From positions 10,478,001 through 10,542,000 of the forward strand of contig OZ281494.1 in NCBI GenBank assembly GCA_965637545.1: a DNA stretch of 64,000 bases. The letters are read 5' to 3'. Position 1 is the stretch's first letter. Each line of letters opens with the position of its first letter. Under the pieces are notes generated by a model. The model worked only from the letters and a program-made list of their open reading frames with translations. It made no database searches and was not told where the DNA came from. This stretch comes from Phallusia mammillata. Taxonomy: Eukaryota. This document shows positions 11,323-24,899 of this stretch, piece after piece. The position numbers and the translations under genes are program-made.

Positions 11323-14202
11323 CTAATCATCAGCTTCTTCGTTTTCGGAACCAGAACTAATTGGAGTTCCAAGAAGACCAAGAATTCCATGTTCTGGGTT
11401 GAAACCACCTCGCCTGGGTCCGAAAGGTCCTGGCCGTGGAACAAAACTACCGCGGCGAGGTCCGAATGGTTCCGGTTTTCCAACTGTAACACATGGTTGA
11501 GTTGCAACATATGGTATGTTTGCGTTGAATTAACAACATTTTGTACAATTTGAATTTGAAGGTTGTTTCAAATTGAAGTGTATATTCGAAACAGCAAGTC
11601 AAGATTTTAAAGGCATTTTTATGATACTCACCTTTTGGGGCGCATTCCATCAAGCACTTAATACATTTTTTCTTTTCCATTTGTTCGCTTTCGGTAAGCG
11701 GAGGACACTGAAGACAATCGATTCTCGCTTGACGAATGCACTCTGCATTATCGGTGCTGTTTCCTGCATCTGTATCACCTAAAAATTAATTGAAATTGTC
11801 ACAATCTTCTGACACCACAGTTGATTGGGTTAATATAAAGTGTGCTCACCACATTCCTCTTTGACACATTTTCTGCATCCGATAGTAGCGTTGATCATCC
11901 TCATTCTGGCTTCCTTTGGTGTGGGACAACTAGCACAGTTTTCTTCGCTTCGCGCACATGTGATCACCTTCAATATTTTATGCAGGAATTCTTTTGGCTT
12001 GGAAAATCGATCATGTGGGCGTCCTCGACCACTAAATGGCGATCGTCCGCGTCCACCAGAGAATGGTCCAATTCCTCCTGACATTGGTCGGGGGCCACCA
12101 GTTATTTGTGAAAGGAATCCAGCAACTGGTCCGTTTGATCTTGGTAAAAACTGTGTCATGCCAGACATTGGACCACGGCTACCTGATAATGGTCCGATCC
12201 CTCGTGACATTGGTCGTCGACCACCTAAGATTGGTCCGATACCCCCTGACATTGGTCCGCGTCCAACAGAAAATGGTCCGATACCCCTTGACATTAGTCC
12301 GCGCCTACTAGAAAATGGTGCGATACCCCCTGACATTGGTCCGCGCCCACCAGAGAATGGTCCGATACCTCCTGATATCGACCCGCGTCCACCAGAGAAA
12401 GGTCCCACTCCGCCTGTCATTGGTCTGTTTTGTCTCGGCCTTTCAAAGCCTTGACCCATTCCTTGTGATATCAGTGGCACTATGGACTGGAGCAAACCGG
12501 GAAGACCTTCTTGGCCAAAGATTGATTCAAGACCGAAACCAAAGCTTTCCTCGTTAGATTCTTCTTCACTTTCATCGTCGTCATTATCTGTAATCGTCGA
12601 ATATTTCAGTGAACAAAATCGACAAAGATTTCGTTTCTAATAATCACAACTTACGCTTTTTCGAACATTGTTTTAGACACTCAAAACATTTTTTCTTATT
12701 CATCTGATCAGCATCACTCAGTGGAGGACACTCCACGCATTCTTGTCTTGCTTCGGCAATGCAGCTTGCGTCTTCTGTTTTGTTTGTTGACATTTCGCCT
12801 ATAAAAGTTAACCACCAAATAAAATAAAATAGTAAACAAATACAAAGTAACAAAATCTATACTTTGTGTCATTAACTTACCGCATTCCTCAGTGACACAA
12901 TCCTTGCACTCTTTCTTTACGTTTTGCATCTTCTCTTTCATCTCCTTCATGTTTGGACAGTATTGCAACATCAAACATGTTTTATGGCAAGTACTTGACG
13001 GCTTTCGTCGCCTACGTGGTTTGTTAGCTGAAAGAGAACCTAAATATTGCAAACGTTTAGTTTGTGTTCAGTTTTTTGGGGGATATTGCACATTTGCGTC
13101 AACTTACCTCCAAACGTGTTGTAACCTGGACCCATGGGCCCACCAGCGCTTCCTTGCCCTATATTCAAACCCATTCCGTTATTTCTTGTTCCAATGCCTG
13201 TCAAAAATCAAACAAGATTAAATAGTTCATGAGTTTATAAGGATGTGTTTTTTTCATTTTGTGTGTTTGGAAACGTTCTTACCTCCGAATGGTGTGGGTC
13301 GGACTCCATTGCTAATCACTCCCCCTGGACCTCTGCGATCTAAATAAGCAGTAAATTTGCATTTTATTATAGTTACTATAAGAAAAGAAAGTAAATTTTT
13401 GTAACAAAAAAGGAAAAGTTGTTGTAATTAAACGCTACGATTCTTTATCAGATTATTTTAGCACAGATTTTAATTGTTACCATGTTTGCGACATTGCATG
13501 AGACACGACGAGCAATTGATCACACGTTCCCTGTCTTTTGTGGGAATCGGAGGACACGAAGTACAATTTTCAAATGCTTCCCGGACACATTTCATCACAG
13601 CACGTCTGTCCAATGGATCGAGTTGATCTACAAAACATATTCTTTATTTTTCTCAACGCACAATGAACATTCTGCATTAAACGTTTCGAATCGTTTTGCC
13701 CAAGTTCTTGAGGAAATGTAGTTTCAGAATGTTAAAGCTTTGAATTCCACTCACCGCAACTGGCACGGATGCAGTCGCGACATTCCTTTCTGTCTTCTTT
13801 GGTCTCGTTCTTGATTTCTTGTCGACTTGGGCACTTGGTTGGACCGACGCAAGCTTTTATGCATGCCAGTTTACCACGGGACTCTCCACCTGTGTCTTCT
13901 GTGTTTGCTCCTGAATAATTGTTGGGTCTTCTTCCGCTCAGAAGAGCTTCCAACCCTGGATAGTTTTGTGGTCCTCTTTGAGGAAACCCTGAAAGGTGAA
14001 TTAAGTTTAAAACAATTATTTCAAACATAACATCACTGCGTTTTGGTAAGTCATGTATAGCAGCAAAAACACTTTACTGACAACAGAACTTTTGACGAAG
14101 AAGATATTGTTACCAAATCGTTTATTAAATGTTCAACGAAAACAAACATTGTTTACCTTGTGCTACAACGCAAAACACGGCCAAAATCACGTAGGACTTC
14201 AT
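11323..14202 (-). CDS. Secreted six-module Cys-rich / Gly-Pro-repeat protein, copy A2 (~640 aa)
   Basis: Same exon structure as A1: signal exon 14202-14157 (MKSYVILAVFCVVAQ), exon 2 13988-13755, stop 11325-11323. Has one 42-nt repeat fewer than A1. I saw no lesion, but did not check every codon. Confidence 0.87.
12051..12428 (-). repeat. Coding 42-bp minisatellite, 9 units
   Basis: Units counted from the A2 translation. Confidence 0.92.
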
Positions 14203-16686
14203 TTTGCCTTTATGTCGTATCTGCAAAAAAATTAATAACTTAGTTTTAGTTGTATCAATTTGTTTGCAACTCTGTTAAAAAAGTAAATACATTTTTATGT
14301 TTACCTGTAACGTATTGTATATTAATTGAACACGACAAATATTCACCAACCTTAAAAGACTAGTTTCCAATAGTTGCCTTAATCTTCCCAATGGGTAACT
14401 TGTTTTTATCATCGCAGCATTATATACCCATGTGCCCCTATTTTTAACGTTGCCTGAGGTGTAACAAATCAGGAGTTACGTAGCATCCTGTTAGCCCCAG
14501 GGCTTAGTATTGGAGGGAAACTGCAGACGATTTTGCGAAACAGCCTGCTACGTGTCAAAGATTTTATAAAAGACATTCATATATTTTTGAACCATTTTGA
14601 CGTCAGAATCTTGGCAACTTAAATTTAGTTTAATTAGTTTTTCACTGGGTTAAAATTGGACATAGATTGCGGAAGAACAGTTGTGATGTTCTGATATTTG
14701 CCGATAATAAAACGGAATAAACGAATATTACCTTTCCAGCAGTTTTATTCTAAATAATCGACGTTACAAAGTCCGACATATGAAACGACTTCATCAGGAT
14801 AAAGGCATATCTACAGAAAGACATACAGAACTGAATGTTTGTTTTTCAAGAAGAATCCGGCTCTGATTACTTGGCAAATTAACACACAATATTGTGACAT
14901 AACTTTACATGTGAATAAGTTTTTACATATCTGTTCTGATAATTCTATGTCTACAAATACTTAAAGAGTTTTATTTGGTTGTTTGTAGTAACTTCTGGTC
15001 AAATCAAATCATAAAAGCTGATGAAACTACAGCTGCAAGTGATTGATCGACCTAACATTCAATTTGAAATAAGCTAACAAATGTTTGCGATCACTTAAAC
15101 AAACGTGTCAGAACAAACATGTTGGTGTGGAAGCCTTGTAATGTTTGCTTGGTGCAAACCACCCATCACGCGTCCATCGCAACGGATTTCAAACTTTGAA
15201 CGCCCCGCTTCGATCAGCGCCTGGGGCATTGCTTGTGACATCACGGACACGTGCGAAAAGCGCAACTCGAATGTCGGACAAACCTTCTTGCAGGGTTTTA
15301 TTAGCATATTTTGGCTATTTATAACTTTGCGGCGAGCTTTTGATTGTGTGTATCGTAGTAATAACTTGAGCGTGTTGTTTGTGACGCCACAAAGGAAATA
15401 AGACTACTTTCTTTGGACATACTATGTTTGAAAAAGTCCTTGTTTCAAAAATGTTGCAATGATGTTGCAAACCGCTGCTTGGCAATGATATGTTTGTGTT
15501 GTTTACTTGCATTGTTGTTTTCAAAAAATGAAACAAGCCAATATCCTTAATGTTGTTTCCTAAAATGTTTTTGTATTCTGCTATCACACATTTATCGTCC
15601 ATTTAGACAACAATGTCCATACATACATCTTTGGTATTGTGAATTAAGTTTCAGTGGAAAAGTTATTCTGTGATGTTTATCGGACAGAGCACTTTTCAAA
15701 ACGAAACGCACTGCGTGTACGGAAATTGATTTTAAATGACAGTAATTGTCTAGCTCATTAAAAAAATATTTTACTTGCCAGATAAGAGTAACATCCGGGA
15801 AAGCGAAATATTTTGGAAACAAACTTTAATAATTTCCTGTAATTTAAAATCAACTTCCATGCGTTCCGTTGATGAAAGTGCTCTGTACGACATACAGAAC
15901 AAACAAAACAGTTTACATCTGCCAGTTAAAAAATATTCTCAGTAATTTAACGTATGTAAGCTTATATTGACATCATTATTTAAATAAACTACAATATGTC
16001 AACAACTAACAACGAATGCACTATAGGCAGAAGATGCTATAGTCAGGTTGTTGCAAATTCACCTAATTTTTGCATTTGGTTCCAATCCGATGCCCGTATT
16101 GAATGAGGACAGCGATGCCCGTATTGCACCTCATTCAAATAGCACGGTATTTTTTTGATGTGTACAGCATAAATAGAAACACTGATTGTTATTTAAATAA
16201 AACGCATGCTATAATGTTCTAAGTCTTAGTGAACTGTGTGAAAAAGTTGCCTAGTTTTTTTAACGTTTAACTTATTGTGGAAATTTCAAAACCTCAAAGC
16301 TATTTTGAATGTTTCGGCCGGACGTTTTCGCACACGTTACAGTCTGCGAGGTAGAAGTATAGAAAAGCACACATGCTTATGAATCACAGTCATCACGTGC
16401 AAAACAACTAAAAACGGAACAAAAGCATGAAATTTTTCGTATGTGACGACAAAGTTCCGGATAAATTATAGCCCCCGGTAGCTGATTATATAAAGACACC
16501 ACACCCTAGGTGAGGCCAACATGTTTTCGAATACCTCGCTATCACGTGACTGTGACGTAGCGGTGTAGATGGTGAAAAGTGTTTGTATTTTGCCACAACA
16601 CAATTATCGTTCATTCCGATATCTGTGAATGGTCTTTCAATTGGAATAGTTTTTCTCTTCTGTATATCGGACACCCTGCTCTGCAG

Positions 16687-16770
16687 TCGTTGTCAGAGGG
16701 CAATGTGATGTATGTGACGTCCAATCAAACCTTTGGACAAAGATCGCCCCAGACGGTGTTTCAAACTGTG
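16687..16770 (+). pseudogene. Isolated MS4A exon-6 fragment in tandem unit 2
   Basis: Near-identical to 8580-8663 and 24170-24253. Confidence 0.8.
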
Positions 16771-16825
16771 AATCGTAGCAAATTTATCAGTTTTGCTTGT
16801 CTTAACCCCTCGTTAGTAACCCGAG

Positions 16826-17188
16826 CAGAGATGTAAGCGGGCCCGAAATTTGAGCCGAACCCGAAATTATAAGTCTAACCCCGAATCGTTTGGAGAAGCC
16901 CGTTTAGACCCGAAAGTTTGATTGACAGACCTATAATAAAAAAGAAATACATAATGGACAATAGTATAAAATGCCTTTAAACAAGACGATTTAGGGATGT
17001 TAGGCATTAGGTTATTCCCAGCAACTAGCAACTTAGCTCGGTAAATTACATTAAAAAGCTCGGTAAATTACATTAAAAAAATTTGCGCATACAGAACGTG
17101 AAGTCAGGCCCGAATTTAACCCGTTTGTAACAAAACCTAAGCCCGAACCCGAACCCGACCCGAAAAACCGGGCCGACTTACAACTGTA
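16826..17188. mobile_element. hAT-type MITE (copy of 8719-9059)
   Basis: Same TIR and TSD; internal ~22-bp tandem duplication near 17036-17078. Confidence 0.8.
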
Positions 17189-19120
17189 AACCCAAGAGTC
17201 AGTGAAAACGCGTTTTCAATTCCCAATGATCATCTCCCCATTTTTAACTCTTTGCCCTATTTGCATAGTGTATTAAACACGTAACAAACAAAAGGTGTGG
17301 CCAACGTACCAATGCCATTCAGAAACACAATAAAGAATAATTTATTTTAAGTCCAAATTCACATAAATTTTGCTATTTTTGTTTTTAAACTGTGCTCGAA
17401 AAAAGTTTTTGATGTCATCACCTGGCGTAACAATGAAATCACAATTTCTTTACATTGTATGCTGGTCCGTATTAAGAATAATGTGAGAATAGTATTCTAA
17501 AACCAAAAGATTTTTTTTATGCAGCGAAGTCATGAATGCGCAACGAATCTCTAACGTTTTGTGCACATTTATTTCTGCCTAAACGTGTTTGTAAAATGAT
17601 GTTTTTGGTTTTAACAACAACAAAAATACGTTTTCGTTTCCAAAAGGACAATTATGCCACATATGGGCTAACCCGTAAAAACATCACGGTACTGGTATTG
17701 TTTTAACTTCTAAATAGATGTTTTAACGCTTAGGTTATTTGTTGATGTCCTCTTGAAATCTGTTGTAGATTCATAGACAACACGTGCGAATTGCCATATT
17801 TGAACGCCATTTTGTGTCAAAGTCGTGGTCTGTGCAATGGCGGTGGAACAAATTGTCGTTCGCTAAAGTTTATTTTTCGTAAAAAGGCTTTGTAAGAAAC
17901 AACAAATGAACATCAGCAAGTATTTGGAAATTTTTTTTTATTATCTTGTTTTAAAATGTATTTTTTGTGGCTATTTACTTATTGCAAGCTTGTTGATCTT
18001 CGTTGTCAAAATTTCTACTTCAATGCCGGATGTGACGATTACATTCACGATGCCCCGAGGCGTTGATTTATTTCTTCCATGTCCGAACTTTTATGATATG
18101 GTCCAATATACAGATTGCTCTAATTTTAAAGCTTGCCTTCCAGGAATATTTGACAATATAACAACGACTTTTATTTCGTTACAACACTTCATGTTGGTCA
18201 AAGAAGAAATGAAATGAAACTAAATTTATTTCTACGGACAACAAAATGTTTTTAAAAAAAAAAAAAAAAAAAAACTAAAAGTGGTGCACCACTTTTTGGT
18301 ACATATAGTGTATCCAAAGTTTTCTCTTAAAAAAATCGCCTATAGGTCTGATATGTTTGTGTTCAAGTCAAATGCTGCAGCAGACTTTTCAAGGTTTCAT
18401 TTAAATCACAAACAATCCCACAACCAAAATTGGCCGCCATTTTGTGCCCAAAAGAGAAAATGTACTCAAGTTGACAGTTTGCTGCAACGACACTAAGGAA
18501 ATCTAATTGGTTAATGAAATGCATTTCATACCCAGCGAAGGAAATGACTTCAGTCTATGTACGTGAATAAAGTTTTAATTTTCCGATCATAATAAGGTTA
18601 GTTCCTTTGTTCCAGAATAATTCCTTTTACACGTTGTTCAAAAATTTTCAACCAACATTTTCCCATACGCTGTTACTTATACCTTTTGTAATATTGTAAG
18701 AAAATAAATAAGAAGTTAAATTGTTAACAGAGTGACGACAATTTAATTGAAATTTGAAACGTGACAGGTTTCGCTAATATTGTAACGTCTGTTTGGTGCA
18801 AGTACATTAGCACGTTTTTTTATCAAGTTTTGTATCATGCTATGTATTGGTATTCTTCACACAACTTTTTTTTCTGCTTGAGTGAAGACCCAAATCTGCA
18901 AACTGTGTGTCCTGATTTCGATAAAGTATAAAACCTCCTTTTTCAAGGATGCAATGATTTTGTCCAAAAGTGTAATATAATTTGAATGCATAACACACAG
19001 CAACGATTCAGCAGATTTGGTTTATTTACAGAATACGAAGCAAGGATGTGCAAATGGATATTAGAAAAGGACAATTCAACAATCATTGTCAATGTTGTCA
19101 GTCACGTATAAATTAAATTT

Positions 19121-22106
19121 CTAATCATCAGCTTCTTCGTTTTCGGAACCAGAACTAATTGGAGTTCCAAGAAGACCAAGAATTCCATGTTCTGGGTTGA
19201 AACCACCTCGCCTGGGTCCGAAAGGTCCTGGCCGTGGAACAAAACTACCGCGGTGAGGTCCGAATGGTTCCGGTTTTCCAACTGTAACACATCGTTAAGT
19301 TGTAACACATGGTATGTTTGCGTTGAATTAACAACATTTTGTACAATTTGAATTTGAAGGTTGTTTCAAATTGAAGTGTATATTCGAAACAGCAAGTCAA
19401 GATTTTAAAGGCATTTTTATGAAACTCACCTTTTGGGGCGCATTCCATCAAGCACTTAATACATTTTTTCTTTTCCATTTGTTCGCTTTCGGTAAGCGGA
19501 GGACACTGAAGACAATCGATTCTCGCTTGACGAATGCACTCTGCCTTATCGGTGCTGTTTCCTGCATCTGTATCACCTAAAAATTAATTGAAATTGTCAC
19601 AATCATCTGACACCACAGTTGATTGGGTTAATATAAAATGTGCTCACCACATTCCTCTTTGACACATTTTCTGCATCCGATAGTAGCGTTGATCATCCTC
19701 ATTCTGGCTTCCTTTGGTGTGGGACAACTAGCACAGTTTTCTTCGCTTCGCGCACATGTGATCACCTTCAATATTTTATGCAGGAATTCTTTTGGCTTGG
19801 AAAATCGATCATGTGGACGTCCTCGACCACCAAATGGCGATCGTCCGCGTCCACCAGAGAATGGTCCAATTCCTCCTAACATTGGTCGGGGCCCACCAGT
19901 TATTTGTGAAAGGAATCCAGCAACTGGTCCGTTTGATCTTGGTAAAAACTGTGTCATGCCAGACATTGGACCACGGCTACCTGATAATGGTCCGATCCCT
20001 CGTGACATTGGTCGTCGACCACCTGAGATTGGTCCGATACCCCCTGACATTGGTCCGCGTCCAACAGAAAATGGTCCGATACCCACTGACATTAGTCCGC
20101 GCCTACTAGAAAATGGTCCGATACCCCCTGACATTGGTCCGCGTCCAACAGAAAATGGTCCGATACCCCCTGACATTAGTCCGCGCCTACTAGAAAATGG
20201 TCCGATACCCCCTGACATTGGTCCGCGCCCACCAGAAAATGGTCCGATACCTCCTGATATCGACCCGCGTCCACCAGAGAAAGGTCCCACTCCGCCTGTC
20301 ATTGGTCTGTTTTGTCTCGGCCTTTCAAAGCCTTGACCCATTCCTTGTGATATCAGTGGCACTATGGACTGGAGCAAACCGGGAAGACCTTCTTGGCCCA
20401 AGATTGATTCAAGACCGAAACCAAAGCTTTCCTCGTTAGATTCTTCTTCACTTTCATCGTCGTCATTATCTGTAATCGTCGAATATTTCAGTGAACAAAA
20501 TCAACAAAGATTTCGTTTCTAATAATCACAACTTACGTTTTTTCGAACATTGTTTTAGACACTCAAAACATTTTTTCTTATTCATCTGATCAGCATCACT
20601 CAGTGGAGGACACTCCACGCATTCTTGTCTTGCTTCGGCAATGCAGCTTGCGTCTTCTGTTTTGTTTGTTGACATTTCGCCTATAAAAGTTAACCACCAA
20701 ATAAAATAAAATAGTAAACAAATACAAAGTAACAAAATCTATACTTTGTGTCATTAACTTACCGCATTCCTCAGTGACACAATCCTTGCACTCTTTCTTT
20801 ACGTTTTGCATCTTCTCTTTCATCTCCTTCATGTTTGGACAGTATTGCAACATCAAACATGTTTTATGGCAAGTACTTGACGGCTTTCGTCGTCTACGTG
20901 GTTTGTTAGCTGAAAGAGAACCTAAATATTGCAAACGTTTAGTTTGTGTTCAGTTTTTTGGGGGATATAGCACATTTGCGTCAACTTACCTCCAAACGTG
21001 TTGTAACCTGGACCCATGGGCCCACCAACGCTTCCTTGCCCTATATTCAAACCCATTCCGTTATTTCTTGTTCCAATGCCTGTCAAAAATCAAACAAGAT
21101 TAAATAGTTCATGAGTTTATAAGGATGTGTTTTTGTCCTTTTGTGTGTTTGGAAACGTTCTTACCTCCGAATGGTGTGGGTCGGACTCCATTGCTAATCA
21201 CTCTCCCTGGACCTCTGCGATCTAAATAAGCAGTAAATTTGCATTTTATTATAGTTACTATAAGAAAAGAAAGTAAATTTTTGTAATAAAATGTAAAGTT
21301 GTTGTAATCAAACGCTACGATTCTTTATCAGATTATTTTAGCACAGATTTTAATTGTTACCATGTTTGCGACATTGCATGAGACACGACGAGCAATTGAT
21401 CACACGTTCCCTGTCTTTTGTGGGAATCGGAGGACACGAAGTACAATTTTCAAATGCTTCCCGGACACATTTCATCACAGCACGTCTGTCCAATGGATCG
21501 AGTTGACCTACAAAACATATTCTTTATTTTTCTCAACGCACAATGAACATGTTGCATTAAACGTTTCGAATCGTTTTGCCCAAGTTCTTGAGGAAATGTA
21601 GTTTCAGAATGTTAAAGCTTTGAAGATTTCCACTCACCGCAACTGGCACGGATGCAGTCGCGACATTCCTTTCTGTCTTCTTTGGTCTCGTTCTTGATTT
21701 CTTCTCGACTTGGGCACTTGGTTGGACCGACGCAAGCTTTTATGCATGCCAGTTTACCACGGGACTCTCCACCTGCGTCTTCTGTGTTTGCTCCTGGATA
21801 ATTGTTGGGTCTTCTTCCGCTCAGAAGAGCTTCCAACCCTGGAAAGTTTGGTGGCCCCCGTCGCGGAAACCCTGAACATAAAAGTTTGATTTGGACTGAT
21901 TTGTGCAAAGCGTTTAAAATTACAACATCACAGAATTTTAGCAACTGTGATTCAACGTGAACCCTTTTTTACAGTTTAATTAAACGTAGCGGCAAAAATT
22001 TTTTGTGTGCGAATTATATCAAAATAGTTCGAAAATGTTGCTGAAACATTCAGTGTTTACCTTGTGCCACAACGAAAAACACGGCCAAAATCACGTAGGA
22101 CTTCAT
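19121..22106 (-). CDS. Secreted six-module Cys-rich / Gly-Pro-repeat protein, copy A3 (~668 aa)
   Basis: Same exon structure as A1: signal exon 22106-22061, stop 19123-19121. Has one 42-nt repeat more than A1. Confidence 0.87.
19849..20310 (-). repeat. Coding 42-bp minisatellite, 11 units
   Basis: Units counted from the A3 translation. Confidence 0.92.
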
Positions 22107-23362
22107 TTTGCTTCTTTGTCGTATCTTAAAAAAAAATGTTTGTAATAAATAACTTTGTTTTAGTAATATCAATTTCTTTGCAGCTCTGGTCAAAGCGTAA
22201 ATACATTTTTATGTTTACCTGTAACATATTGTATATTAAGTAACCATCATAACTAACCTTTAAGACTTGTTTCCAGTAGTTGTCTTAATCTTCCCAATGG
22301 GCAACTTGTCCTAACCATCGCAGCCTTATATACCCGTGGGCCCTTATTTTTAACGATGCCTGAGGTGTAACGGATTAGAAGATACGTAGCATCCTGTCTG
22401 CCCCTGGGCTTCATATTGAAGGAAAACTGCTTTCGTTTTTTGAGAAATAGCCTGTTGCGTGTCAAGAATTTCATAAAAGACCTTGATATATTTTGAACTA
22501 TTTTGACGTCAGAGTCTTGGCAACTTAAATTTACTACAACTTAATTGTAGTTTTTTCGCTCCAGGTTAAAATTAGACCTAGATCGCATACAAGAGCATTT
22601 TTGATGTTCTGATATTTTTCGACAACAAAACTGAATAAACGAGTATTACTTTGCCAGCAGTTTTATTATAAATAATCGACGTTTCGACGTCCGATATACG
22701 AAACGACTTCATCAGGATAATGGCATATCTATATAATAAGATTGATTGTTTGTTTTTTAAAAAGAATTCTGATTTGATTACTTGGAAATTTGAGACACAA
22801 TATTGTAACAATCTTTAAGTGTGAATAAGTTTGTACATATATGTAGTGATAACTACTTGAATGTTTATAGAGCTGCATTATGTTGTTTGTAGTCACTTCT
22901 AATTTAATCAAAGCATTAAAGCTGATGAAATTGCATTCACTCAACTGCACGTGATTTATCAATCTAACATTTAACTTACAATAAGCAATTGGATGTTTGT
23001 GAATCACTTTAACATACGTGTCAGAACAAAACATGTTGTATGTGGAAACCGTGTAATGTTTGCTTGGTGCAAACCACCTATTACGCGTCCATCGCAACGG
23101 ATTCAAACTTTGAACGCCGCGCTTCGATCAGCGCCTGAGGTATTGTTTGTGACATCACGGGCACGTGCGAATACCGCAATTCGAATGCCGGACAAACCTT
23201 CTTGTAGGGTTTTATTAACACATTTCGGCTATTTATAACTTTGCGGTGAGCTTTTGATTTTGCGTTTGGTCGTAATAATTTGAGCGCGTTGTTTGTGACG
23301 TCACATAGGAAATGGTGTAGACTACTTTCTTGGGACATGTTTATTTTTGTCGTTTGAGCTGC

Positions 23363-23742
23363 CAGGGTTGCCATACCGTCCTTATTTCTAAGATTTGTCC
23401 TTATTTTCAAAGGCTATGTCTTAGAAAAGTTCATTGTCCTTTTTTCTAAGAAATGTCCTTATTTTTGACTTGAGTCCTTCTTTTGTCTTATTTTCAACAA
23501 TTACTGGTCAAATCCCTGCTACAAGTAAAAGTAAGCCTAAACCTGAGCTGTTGCGAGATGCACGAAGTATTTTTTACAAACAAGGAGTGGCTTGAACAGA
23601 TCGTTTCTGCCAAAATATTGCATATGATATGTCACGGCTCGTATAAATGCAAAGATTTGTTCAAAAACGTTTGTTTTATTTCGCATTAAAAATTAATTTT
23701 TCGGTTGTCCTTATTTTTGGTTTCAAGTCGATGGCAACCCTG
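23363..23742. mobile_element. hAT-type MITE, duplicated copy of 7773-8153
   Basis: Same TIRs and body. About 280 bp of left flank is deleted relative to unit 1. Confidence 0.85.
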
Positions 23743-24307
23743 GCTATAGGGGAAATTCAAAAACAGTATTTTGAGTGTTGTGGCCGGACGTTTCGGAATA
23801 CGTTACAGGTACAAGTTTAGAAAAGCACACATGCTTCTGAATCACAGTTATCACGTGCGCAACAACAAACAACTAAAAACGGAACAAAAGCATGAAATTT
23901 TTCGTATGTGACGACAAAGTTCCGGATAAATTATAACCTCCGGTAGCTGATTAAATAAAGACACCACACCCTAGGTGAGGCAAACTTGTTTTCGAATACC
24001 TCGCTATCACGTGACTGTGACGTAGATGGTAAAAGTGTTTGTATTTTGCCACAACACAATTATCGTTCATTCCGATATCGTCATCGATAGATACGTCTCG
24101 TCTCACTGTGAATGGTCTTTCAACTGGAATAGTTTTTCTCTTCTGTATATCGGACACCCTGCTCTGCAGTCGTTGTCAGAGGGCAATGTGATGTATGTGA
24201 CGTCCAATCAAACCTTTGGACAAAGATCGCCCCAGACGGTGTTTCAAACTGTGAATCGTATCAAATTTATCAGTTTTGCTTGTCTTAACCCCTCGTAGTA
24301 ACCCGAG

Positions 24308-24628
24308 CAGAGATGTAAGCGGGACGGAAATTTGAGCCGAACCCGAAAGTATAAGCCTAAACCCGAATCGTTTTGGAGAAGCCCGTTTAGACCCGAAAGT
24401 TTGCTTGACAGACCTATAATAAAGAAGAAACACATAATGGACAATAGTAGAAAATGCCTTTAAACAAGCAGTTTAGGGATGTTGAGCATTAGGTTATATC
24501 CAGTAACTAGCTGCTTAGCTCGGTAATTTACATTAAAAAAAGTCAGGCCCGAATTTAGCCGGTTTGTAACAAAACCTAAGCCCGAACCCGAACCCGACCC
24601 GAAAAGACCGGCCCGACTTATAACTCTG
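24308..24628. mobile_element. hAT-type MITE (copy of 8719-9059) in the intron of the MS4A relic
   Basis: TIR cagagatgtaagcggg / ggcccgacttataactctg; TSD acccgag / aactcaag. Confidence 0.8.
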
Positions 24629-24899
24629 AACTCAAGAGTCAGTGAAAACACGTTTTCAATTCCCAATGATCATCTCCCTATTTTTAACTCTTTGCCCTAT
24701 TTCCATAGAAATTTCCCACATGTCCACTTTTGTCAATGGCCCTCAACTTCGCCATATGCCCTCAACACCTCTATCTAGCAAACGGTTAATTTCAATCTGC
24801 CTCATGGCAGCAGCCCCACCTGGCGGGTTTACACTGCTCAAGAGCAATCACGCGAGGCGATAAACAGCTACCCGACTCGTGCTGTAGCAAAGCGCCAGG

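Larger units (their letters stand above)
1135..24702. repeat. Three tandem segmental duplication units (~1135-9133, 9134-17262, 17263-24702), each with one A gene
   Basis: Long near-identical stretches at offsets of ~8034 and ~7798 (A stop codons at 3289, 11323, 19121). The junction ctttgccctattt|gcatagtg at 9133 and 17262 contrasts with ctttgccctattt|ccatagaa at 24702, where sequence continues into the MS4A relic. Confidence 0.9.

Noticed and set aside
17906-18217. 103-aa plus-strand ORF
   Set aside because: The homologous segments in the other two units contain stops and indels.
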